Shown piece after piece: positions 29,941 to 36,966 of a DNA stretch of 45,800 nucleotides (positions are counted from its first letter, which is position 1; each line of letters begins with the position of its first letter). Source of the stretch: Chloroflexota bacterium (GTDB taxonomy: Bacteria > Chloroflexota > Limnocylindria > Limnocylindrales > CSP1-4); assembly GCA_016200665.1 (NCBI GenBank), contig JACQEG010000111.1, positions 1 through 45,800 on the forward strand, read 5' to 3'. A program made the translations under genes and the position numbers. Below the pieces are notes generated by a model. That model saw only the letters and a list, made by a program, of their open reading frames with translations, did no database searches and was not told the origin of the DNA.

Positions 29941-30476
29941 GGGTGGGTCAGGACTCCTTCGGGACGGCTGTCGAGGAGGGTCTCGGGCCGGCGCTGCGGC
30001 ACGAGGTCGGCCAGGGTCATGGTCTCGAGCGCGCCCGCGATCGCGTCGCGCACGCGGATCCAGAGGAAGTTCACGGTGCAGGTCGATGTCCGATCGCAGT
30101 TGCTGGCGTGATCCGGATCGTCCGTCGCGCAGATCATCGGCGCGAGTGGCCCCTCCAGGGCCCGCAGGATCTCGCTCATCGGGATCTCGCTCGGCGGCCG
30201 GGTCAGGGCGTAGCCACCGCGGGCGCCGCGGGTCGAGGTCACGAGGCCGGCGTCGCGAAGGACGAATGCGAGCTGCTCGAGGTAGGCCTTGGGGAGATCC
30301 TCCGCCGCCGCGATCTCGGTCAGCGACGACGGACCGGCACCGAAGCGCCGGCCGAGCTGGACCATGAGCCGCACGCCGTATTCGCCCTTCGTGGAGAACG
30401 CGACCGCACCGGTCCCGTGGAACGCCGGGCGGACCGTGTGGATGGGCGGGCTCAGGGTGCGTACAGACGCGGGCAG
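29937..30476 (-). CDS. Rrf2 family transcriptional regulator (IscR/SufR-like, 3 Cys)
   Basis: FSTKGEYG, YLEQL, RGARGGY and C..C..C cluster ligands. Start uncertain: ATG 30530 lies inside the promoter; CTG 30476 follows GAGGA. Confidence 0.9.
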   Translation of the reverse strand: MPASVRTLSPPIHTVRPAFHGTGAVAFSTKGEYGVRLMVQLGRRFGAGPSSLTEIAAAEDLPKAYLEQLAFVLRDAGLVTSTRGARGGYALTRPPSEIPMSEILRALEGPLAPMICATDDPDHASNCDRTSTCTVNFLWIRVRDAIAGALETMTLADLVPQRRPETLLDSRPEGVLTHP

Positions 30477-30485
30477 CGGACGATC

Positions 30486-30516
30486 CTCAATCCCTAGTGA
30501 TTTCGTCGGGATTGAG
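30486..30516. promoter_or_regulatory. Rrf2-type operator (inverted repeat)
   Basis: CTCAATCCC-N13-GGGATTGAG with perfect 9-bp arms, immediately downstream of the -10; resembles IscR/CymR-type boxes. Confidence 0.7.
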
Positions 30517-30543
30517 TCTACGGCCACCATCGTGGAGCGTCAA
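30515..30543 (-). promoter_or_regulatory. Sigma70-type promoter of the rrf2-suf operon
   Basis: TTGACG (30538-30543), a 17-nt spacer, then TAGACT (30515-30520) on the - strand. Confidence 0.75.
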
Positions 30544-30552
30544 CGACCGGGA

Positions 30553-30584
30553 GGGGTAGTAGGTAGGGCGGTCGGAAGTTGCCG
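30553..30584 (+). repeat. Left inverted repeat
   Basis: GGGGTAGTAGGTAGGGCGGTCGGAAGTTGCCG. Confidence 0.8.
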
Positions 30585-30699
30585 ACATCGGCGGCCGCCC
30601 AGCACTGGCGCGAGCCCATTCGTCAGCGCATCCGCTCGGGACGCATAAGCGGACGCGGCGGCGGCGCCCACCCAAGGGTGCGGCCGTCACAGTCACGTC

Positions 30700-31566
30700 C
30701 TACACGGTGATATCCCGGCGACCGAAGACGATGGCGGTCGCCGCAAATTCGGCTGCGATGACCAGGGCGAGCGTGGCGAGAGCCACGGGCACGGGAACCG
30801 GGGCGAAGAACGCTGCCCCACTCATTGACGCGTGATTGCTCCCGGCGGGCGCCCCTGCCGCGAGGAGGGCATTGATGAGCTCTGTCGGCATCCAGCGAGT
30901 GACTTCGGGCGGCAGGCCAACGCTTGGCAGGGTGGCGACGACTGCCCAGGCGCCAACGAAGGAGGCAGCGCTCAGGATCACGGAGCGAACGAGGACGGCG
31001 AAGAGCAGGCCCGTTGCCGCTGCCCACACGTTGACGGCGACCAATGCAGCCAGAGTCCCGATAACGCCGAGATCGAAAGCCTCAGCATCAACATATGGCA
31101 AGAGGCCAAGACCGTGGGCTGCGGGCGGGACGGCAACCCCGACCAGTACGGTGCTCGCGGCCACAAGTCCACTTAGGGCGAGGCCCAGAGCCGCCTTGCC
31201 CACAAGGAGCCGAGGGCGGCTACTGTCCCTCACGAGTCGCGTACGAATCGTTCCCGTGTCGAACTCAGAGGCAACCAGCCAGCAGCTCAGCAGTCCGGTG
31301 CAAACGGCGCCGATAGGAAAGGCGTCCAGAGAAACGCTCCCAACACTTGCCCAAAGCTGATACCCACGCTGCAGGAGGACGACCGGGTCGACGCCCCCCG
31401 CAGGGAGCTCGGGGCCGACTCCCGGCGGCGTCGGGGCTGGGAGTAAGAGGAGCTCACGAGCGAGCAGGATCGGAGTGAGGGCGAGAAGCAGGACAGCAAC
31501 GTCTCGTCGCCTGCGTCCCACACGCCACTCAAAGGCGATCGCCTGCATTGTCCGGGAACGCTTCAT
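30700..31566 (-). CDS. ABC-2 type transporter permease
   Basis: About 6 TM helices and VASEFDTGTIRTRL...R..LLVGK motif; ATG overlaps the ATPase stop. Confidence 0.85.
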   Translation of the reverse strand: MKRSRTMQAIAFEWRVGRRRRDVAVLLLALTPILLARELLLLPAPTPPGVGPELPAGGVDPVVLLQRGYQLWASVGSVSLDAFPIGAVCTGLLSCWLVASEFDTGTIRTRLVRDSSRPRLLVGKAALGLALSGLVAASTVLVGVAVPPAAHGLGLLPYVDAEAFDLGVIGTLAALVAVNVWAAATGLLFAVLVRSVILSAASFVGAWAVVATLPSVGLPPEVTRWMPTELINALLAAGAPAGSNHASMSGAAFFAPVPVPVALATLALVIAAEFAATAIVFGRRDITV

Positions 31567-32468
31567 CGATGACCCCGAGCAGCTCTGAGGAATACCTGTT
31601 CAAGGGACTGGCGCACATGGCGCACCTCAGAGGGATAAAGCCCGGCGGTCGCCAGGAGCCCGACTACTGCTGCTCCATCCTCGGAATGCACCCGAAGCAG
31701 GCGCTGATCTGAGTCGTCGCTCTCCGCCCCGATCATCTGGCCGTTTAGGGCCTCCTTGGCCCTTCTTGCAGCCTCCGGGGAATCGAAGCCAACCTGGAGG
31801 TGTGGACGCTGACGCAGCTGATCCTGCGTGCCCTCCGCGACGACCTTGCCTTCGTGGATGATTACCACGGCATCGGCCAGGGCTTCGATCTCCGGGAGAA
31901 GGTGAGACGACAGGAGGATGGCGACCCCCTCGGCCTTGCGTCTGAGAATGGCCTCACGCACCATGGCAACACCTTCCGGGTCGAGGCTTTCCGTTGGCTC
32001 ATCGAGAACCAGGACGCTGGGCCGCCCGCAAAAGGCGACCGCGACTCCAACCCGCTGGCGCATTCCGGATGACAGCGCTCCCACACGCCTGCGGGCGACG
32101 CCCTCCACCCCGAACTCCTTGAGCAGGCGGTCGGACATGCGCGTGATCGAATCTCCACGTGCTGAAAGTGCGCCGTAGATCGCCACCGTCTCGAGGACCG
32201 TGAGATGCGGGTGCAGCGCGGGGCGGGAAACGAGACCTCCCAGCACACCCGGTTCTGGACGGGAGTTTGCCGCTCCATCGAGGACCCGGACCGATCCGCT
32301 CGTGGGATTGAGCAGGCCAAAGCAGACCCGAATGGCAGTCGTCTTGCCGGCGCCGTTGAGCCCGAGGAGGCCCGTCACGGATCCGGCCTGGACAGCGAAC
32401 GACACCTCGGTGAGGGCGTCGATCATACCGAAGCGCTTCGAGATCCGGTCGAACGCAAGCGCGGTCAT
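31563..32468 (-). CDS. ABC transporter ATP-binding protein (BcrA/peptide-immunity type)
   Basis: GLNGAGKTT, LSSGMRQ, VLDEP and SSHLL motifs. Confidence 0.92.
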   Translation of the reverse strand: MTALAFDRISKRFGMIDALTEVSFAVQAGSVTGLLGLNGAGKTTAIRVCFGLLNPTSGSVRVLDGAANSRPEPGVLGGLVSRPALHPHLTVLETVAIYGALSARGDSITRMSDRLLKEFGVEGVARRRVGALSSGMRQRVGVAVAFCGRPSVLVLDEPTESLDPEGVAMVREAILRRKAEGVAILLSSHLLPEIEALADAVVIIHEGKVVAEGTQDQLRQRPHLQVGFDSPEAARRAKEALNGQMIGAESDDSDQRLLRVHSEDGAAVVGLLATAGLYPSEVRHVRQSLEQVFLRAARGHR

Positions 32469-32479
32469 GGGTCGGCAGA

Positions 32480-32514
32480 GGGCGGACGGGGTTGGAAGGT
32501 ACGCCCGTCCGCCC
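32480..32514 (-). terminator. Hairpin between the secreted-protein gene and the ABC ATPase gene
   Basis: Perfect 11-bp stem GGGCGGACGGG/CCCGTCCGCCC with a 13-nt loop. Confidence 0.55.
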
Positions 32515-32529
32515 GTGGGCCTTTGCTTC

Positions 32530-33003
32530 CTAGACCCGGAACTCTTGGGTGAATAGGTCGCGGACCTGTAGGCCGCAACACACGGTTGTCAGCACCGTGT
32601 GGTTCTGAACGTGATAGAGCCCTCCAGCGATCAGGCCGTATTGCTTGCAGCTACCCGATGTGGGCACCCACATTGCCCACGGACTTGAGTACTTGTCCTT
32701 CGTGCAGCCCGCGATCGGGCCGAGAAAGTCGCTCCAGTGGAAGCAGACGCCACCAACGTCGTAGTCGCAGTGCCCGTAGAACACGGCGATGTAGAGATGA
32801 GTTATGTCTCCAGTGCAGCTGTCGTATGCCTGCGCCCACAGAGCGCCCGAGCCGTACTTCCCCCCAAATTCTGTCTGGTAGCACCCCCCATCAGCGCTGA
32901 CGTTCGCGACCAATGGAGTACCCGGAGCCGCGAAGACGAGAAATGCCGGCAGGCAGAGGACAATGGCCCTCAGCCGTCGCAGGAATCTGCTGTTCCGCAC
33001 CAC
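32530..33003 (-). CDS. Secreted Cys-rich small protein, unknown function
   Basis: Basic N-terminus, hydrophobic stretch and VSA|D cleavage-like site; 8 Cys in the mature part. SD-like GAGGA/GGAG precedes GTG 33003/33000 (ORF track start is 33018). Confidence 0.7.
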   Translation of the reverse strand: MVRNSRFLRRLRAIVLCLPAFLVFAAPGTPLVANVSADGGCYQTEFGGKYGSGALWAQAYDSCTGDITHLYIAVFYGHCDYDVGGVCFHWSDFLGPIAGCTKDKYSSPWAMWVPTSGSCKQYGLIAGGLYHVQNHTVLTTVCCGLQVRDLFTQEFRV

Positions 33004-33117
33004 TTCTCCAATCCTCAATGCTGAGTCTCCGCTGAGTCAGAATGTTGCCTCGGCCCTCCTTCCGTCGCGCGACTGCCCGGTGAGAGGCGCCCACCGACCG
33101 CGCGTTCGACCTCGGTA

Positions 33118-33525
33118 CTACCGGGCCTCCTCGAAAAGGTCCCGGATGCGCGTCTCGAATAGGCCCGCTTTGCGGAGCACCTCGCCTGCGGCGCCCGCGC
33201 TGACACTTAGGGCGACCAACAGGTCGACGGCGCGAGCGGGCCTCTGCTCGGACAAGGCCGCCTCGCCCATCGCTTCGATCAAGGCCTTTGCCTCGGGCCC
33301 GAGCCCAAAGCCGACTGGCCGCGCTCCTTGTCGGGCGAGCGCTGCTTCGACAAGCAGGTCCGGTGCGATTCCAGCCTGAGCTAGCCGCTCCGCGATCGGC
33401 TTGGTCTGGAGCGCGGCGATAAGGAAGTCGGTTGCCTCCACTTGACGTTCGGCCGCGAGCTGGATCGCGACGGCCTCGATCTCGGCAACGCGCGGGTCGT
33501 TGCCGATGAACCGCGTGTGGTCCGT
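33118..33525 (-). CDS. Clp N-terminal (double repeat) domain-like protein; start codon non-canonical or lost
   Basis: Two repeats (VEATDFLIAAL..IAERLAQAGI and ARAVDLLVAL..AGEVLRKAGL). GGAGG lies 6 nt before an in-frame ACG at 33525. Confidence 0.5.
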   Translation of the reverse strand, partial: TDHTRFIGNDPRVAEIEAVAIQLAAERQVEATDFLIAALQTKPIAERLAQAGIAPDLLVEAALARQGARPVGFGLGPEAKALIEAMGEAALSEQRPARAVDLLVALSVSAGAAGEVLRKAGLFETRIRDLFEEAR

Positions 33526-33540
33526 TTCGAGCCTCCTTCC

Positions 33541-33927
33541 TACAATCAATACTTCGCGGGTGGACCAGCGGATATTCGGATCATCCGCGACACCGAAATG
33601 ACATACGCCCAGATGACCGTCGGCCTCTTCGTTTGCCGATCGGCCAAGGTCACCGGCTGGGGCTGTACGACCATCCACCGAGCTGACATTGACTGGCTCG
33701 ATCAGTCAGGAGATCCGCATTGGGGCGTCTGGGAAGTGTCCCACGTCAGTCAGAAGGGTGACAGCGGGGCGGGCTACGTCGCGTTCGAGAGTGACGACAC
33801 GTACGCCAAGCCGGCCGGAATCCTGTTCGGCGGTGACATAGGGCTGGGGGCTCGTTACACCTACTACTACCCGGTCTGGGACGACTGGGCCATCACGGTC
33901 CACGCTTGCGTGACAGCGGCCTGCTAG
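33541..33927 (+). pseudogene. C-terminal fragment of a chymotrypsin-like (S1, alpha-lytic type) serine protease
   Basis: VGLFVCRSAKVTGWGC and GDSGAG catalytic-Ser motif present; no upstream His (TAGHC-type) segment or signal peptide. Confidence 0.6.
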
Positions 33928-33937
33928 GGAGGAGGGT

Positions 33938-34357
33938 TTGATGCGAACCACGGCCATGGCGGTGATCGGCGAGGGGGCCTCGATTGCACTGCAGGCCTGG
34001 TTGGCAGCGTCTGGTGCCCTTGGTCTGTCCGGAGACACGGCCAGCGTCGGAGCCATCTGGCTCGCGATGACCGCGACCGTGGCAATCGCGGTGGCCATCG
34101 GCTCGGTAGGACTTCGGCAATCGTCCAGGAGGCGGACCAGCGGCGCGGTCCTGATCGTAATTGGGGCCGTCGCCGCCTACGCCTGGCCAGTCATCACGGC
34201 CGTCGGGAGCCCGCCGCCGGACTTTCTCGACAAGTGGATCCAGGGACCTGCCCTACCCGTATGGGAGGGCCTGGCCATTCTGGTCGTCGGGGTGGTCCTC
34301 GCGATCCGGAAGTCGAGCCCAAGCGTCACGGTGGATCCGGCAGAGGGAGCAGGCTAG
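33938..34357 (+). CDS. Small integral membrane protein (about 4 TM helices)
   Basis: Strong SD GGAGGAGG and hydrophobic segments; directly follows the protease fragment. Confidence 0.7.
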   Translation: MMRTTAMAVIGEGASIALQAWLAASGALGLSGDTASVGAIWLAMTATVAIAVAIGSVGLRQSSRRRTSGAVLIVIGAVAAYAWPVITAVGSPPPDFLDKWIQGPALPVWEGLAILVVGVVLAIRKSSPSVTVDPAEGAG

Positions 34358-34460
34358 ACCACAAGCGTGGCCGGGCCAGCCAACAGCTTGATCGGGCCAG
34401 CCACACAGCCCCAGGGCCCGTCGAGCCGTCCAGCAGGGTGCCGCCAGGCGACGAGCCGAG

Positions 34461-34492
34461 CGGCAACTTCGGTACGCCCTATCTACTACCCC
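34461..34492 (-). repeat. Right inverted repeat
   Basis: Reverse complement is GGGGTAGTAGATAGGGCGTACCGAAGTTGCCG; contains the EamA stop codon. Confidence 0.8.
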
Positions 34493-35376
34493 GTCAATGA
34501 CCCTGGCCTCGTCGACGGGGCCGTCGGCGAGCCCGGCGCCGGGACTTCCCGCCCGCCGGTCCGCTCGGCGCCGATCCCGGCCACGACGACGCACGCGATG
34601 CCCAGCACGGCGAGCACGTCGGGGACCTGGCTGAGCGCGACGAACCCGATCAGGAGTGCAAACGCTGGCTCGAGGCTCATCAGCGTGCCGAAGGCCGCGG
34701 TCGTCAGCCGCCGGAGGGCGAGGAACTCGAGCGTGTAGGGGATGATCGGCAACAGGATCGCCAGCCCGAGTCCGATCAGCAGCAGCTCCGGGGTCAGCCG
34801 GCCGACCGTGCTCGGCCCGGCCACGATCGTGGCGACCAGCGCCGAAACCGGGATCGAGACGGCGATCGACTTCAGGCCGGCGACCTCGTCGCCAACGTGC
34901 TGGGTCAGGACGATGTACGTGCCCCAGCAGACACCGGCAGCCAGGGCGAAGGCCACGCCGAGGGCGTCCGCAGCGCCGGTCCACGGCTGCGTCAGCAGGA
35001 TGACGCCGACGGCCGCGATCACGGGCCACGCCTTGACGGCCCCGCGACCGCGCGCGACGGCGACACCCAGCGGTCCCAGGAACTCCAGGGCGCTGGCCGT
35101 GCCAAGCGGGAGGCGCGCGATCGAGGCCATGAAGAACAGCGCGGTGCCGGACGTGACGATCCCGAGCGCGACGGTTGCGCGGAACGCGGACGGCGAGAAG
35201 TCCGACGGCCTCGGTCGCACCAGCAGCAGCAGGATCGGGGCGGCCCAGGCCAGGCGCAGCCAGGTCGTGCCCGCGGCGCCCAGATCGTCGAGCAGGTGGA
35301 CGGCGACCGCGAGCCCGAACTGGACGCACAGCATCGACGCGACGGCCATCGACGCGCCAATGCGCGACGCCGACAT
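34486..35376 (-). CDS. EamA/DMT family transporter (RhtA-like)
   Basis: RLPLGTASALEFLGPL, PYTLEFLALRRL and FGTLMSLEPA motifs; about 10 TM helices. Start could be TTG 35406. Confidence 0.9.
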   Translation of the reverse strand: MSASRIGASMAVASMLCVQFGLAVAVHLLDDLGAAGTTWLRLAWAAPILLLLVRPRPSDFSPSAFRATVALGIVTSGTALFFMASIARLPLGTASALEFLGPLGVAVARGRGAVKAWPVIAAVGVILLTQPWTGAADALGVAFALAAGVCWGTYIVLTQHVGDEVAGLKSIAVSIPVSALVATIVAGPSTVGRLTPELLLIGLGLAILLPIIPYTLEFLALRRLTTAAFGTLMSLEPAFALLIGFVALSQVPDVLAVLGIACVVVAGIGAERTGGREVPAPGSPTAPSTRPGSLTG

Positions 35377-35510
35377 CGCGAGTCCGGGTCTGCTGATGGC
35401 GGTCAAGGCCCTAGTACAACGGCTCCGGTCGCCCGCGTCCACCGGACGTTCCGACGCTCGCCTCGGGTCCGGCCGGACGGATCGGACGACTCGTGTGCTA
35501 TCTTCTGCGC

Positions 35511-35771
35511 ATGGCTGTGCGCACGAACCTCCTCCTGCCTGAGGCGCTGGTGGCCGAGGTCGACCGGATCGCCGGGCCTCGAGGTCGGAGTCGATTCGTG
35601 GCCGAGGCCCTCGAAGAGCGCCTCGAACGGGAGCGTCGCCGTGTCGCGGCCCGGGAGGCCGCCGGTGCGTGGCGGGATCACCCCCTGTTTCCGACGTCGC
35701 GCGACGTCGCGGCGTGGGTGCGCGCGGGTCGCGTGGAGCCGGCGAGATCGTCCACGGACGCGAAGGGCTGA
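35511..35771 (+). CDS. Ribbon-helix-helix antitoxin (VapB-like)
   Basis: RTNLLLPEALVAEVD...RSRFVAEAL RHH pattern upstream of a PIN gene; TGcTATCTT lies 6 nt before the ATG. Confidence 0.8.
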   Translation: MAVRTNLLLPEALVAEVDRIAGPRGRSRFVAEALEERLERERRRVAAREAAGAWRDHPLFPTSRDVAAWVRAGRVEPARSSTDAKG

Positions 35772-35773
35772 TC

Positions 35774-36154
35774 GTGCGTGTCTTCCTCGATACGACGATC
35801 GCGATCGACTACCTCCGAGGTGAGGAGGCGGCACTGGCGCGGATCGCGGGCCTGTTCGAGACGGGCGAAACGGCGATCGTGAACGACGTCGTCGTGTGCG
35901 AGCTCGCCACGGGTGCGCCGTCCGAGGACGACGCAGGGCTCGCGGCGTTCCTGCGGGCCGTCGAGTACGTGCAGCCAGGGCCGGACGTCGCCGTCATGGC
36001 GGGTCACTGGCGCGGCGACGCGAGGCGACGGGGCGTGACGATCAGCGCGCCCGACGCGTTGATCGCCGCCTGTGCGGCGCATCAAGGCGCGACGGTCGTC
36101 ACCCGGAACGCCCGAGACTTCGCGGGACTGCCCGTGAGGGTCGAGACCTACTGA
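35774..36154 (+). CDS. vapC: PIN-domain toxin (VapC-like)
   Basis: FLDTT, VCELATG, DALIAACA and TRNARDF motifs. Confidence 0.9.
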   Translation: MRVFLDTTIAIDYLRGEEAALARIAGLFETGETAIVNDVVVCELATGAPSEDDAGLAAFLRAVEYVQPGPDVAVMAGHWRGDARRRGVTISAPDALIAACAAHQGATVVTRNARDFAGLPVRVETY

Positions 36155-36234
36155 CCCGGCGCACGGCCGAGCCAGGCGCCGAGGCGTCCGTCGTGCCAGT
36201 GAACCCCGGGCGCGACGGAGCCGTACTGGCCCAC

Positions 36235-36966
36235 ATGCCTGGCCTCCGCCATCGACGTCGGGCGACGTACCTGTTGCGATTGATCCTGGCCGGCCTGGTG
36301 GCGACGCTGGCAGTCGCGGCCTGCGGGCCCAGCGACGGGTCGGCGACGCCGGGCATCGGCCGGGCGTCCGGCGAGCCGACCGAGCGGCCGATCGCGACGG
36401 TGCCGGCGGATCCCACCCTCGCGGCGGCGGTCGGGCCGTGGCGGCGCGTCCCGGCCAAGGCGGATCCCGCGTTCGGCGCCACGTTCGTCGCGGGCTGCCG
36501 CGCCGCGGAGGCGGCCATCGGCTCGATGCCGGCCAGGGTCGTCGACGTGCGCGGCCGAGGCTGGATCACCGTGCTGCTCGCCTCCGACACGGCGGCGTTC
36601 CTGTGCCGGACGACCGTGGACGACCCGGCACACCCCGTCGAGATCCGGTCGGTCACCGTCCCGAGCGCCACCATCGCCACCGACCAGATCGACCTCGCGC
36701 TCTGGACGCAGGTCCGGATCTCGCCCGAGACGATCACCTATGCCGTCGGGCGGGTCGGACCGGAGCCCGCGGATGTCATCGGTGGCTACGTCGACCAGAC
36801 CTTCGTCTTCGCGACGCACGAGAACGGCTGGTGGGTCGCGTGGTGGCCACCGCAGGCCGCATCGGACGGCTTCGCCGCGGTCGACCACGGTCATGTCGTG
36901 CTGAACGAGGTCAAGGCGCCCGCCAGCGGCGAGTTCCCGGACGCTTCGGCGGGCGCGTCGCCCTAG
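36235..36966 (+). CDS. Hypothetical lipoprotein
   Basis: Basic N-terminus, hydrophobic stretch and lipobox VAAC; Pro/Ser-rich linker. Confidence 0.65.
   Translation: MPGLRHRRRATYLLRLILAGLVATLAVAACGPSDGSATPGIGRASGEPTERPIATVPADPTLAAAVGPWRRVPAKADPAFGATFVAGCRAAEAAIGSMPARVVDVRGRGWITVLLASDTAAFLCRTTVDDPAHPVEIRSVTVPSATIATDQIDLALWTQVRISPETITYAVGRVGPEPADVIGGYVDQTFVFATHENGWWVAWWPPQAASDGFAAVDHGHVVLNEVKAPASGEFPDASAGASP

Larger units (their letters stand above)
30553..34492. mobile_element. Non-autonomous cargo cassette bounded by 32-bp inverted repeats
   Basis: Ends match at 28 of 32 positions in inverted orientation. Interior is lower in GC (spot count 35/60 at 32581-32640 versus 45/60 at 7501-7560). 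No transposase or recombinase inside. Confidence 0.65.

Noticed and set aside
30553-34492. Assignment of the cassette to Tn3, integron attC or chromosomal dif
   Set aside because: The 5-bp flanks differ (CGGGA versus GTCAA), there is no GTTRRRY attC structure, and no convincing match to dif consensus; family left unassigned.
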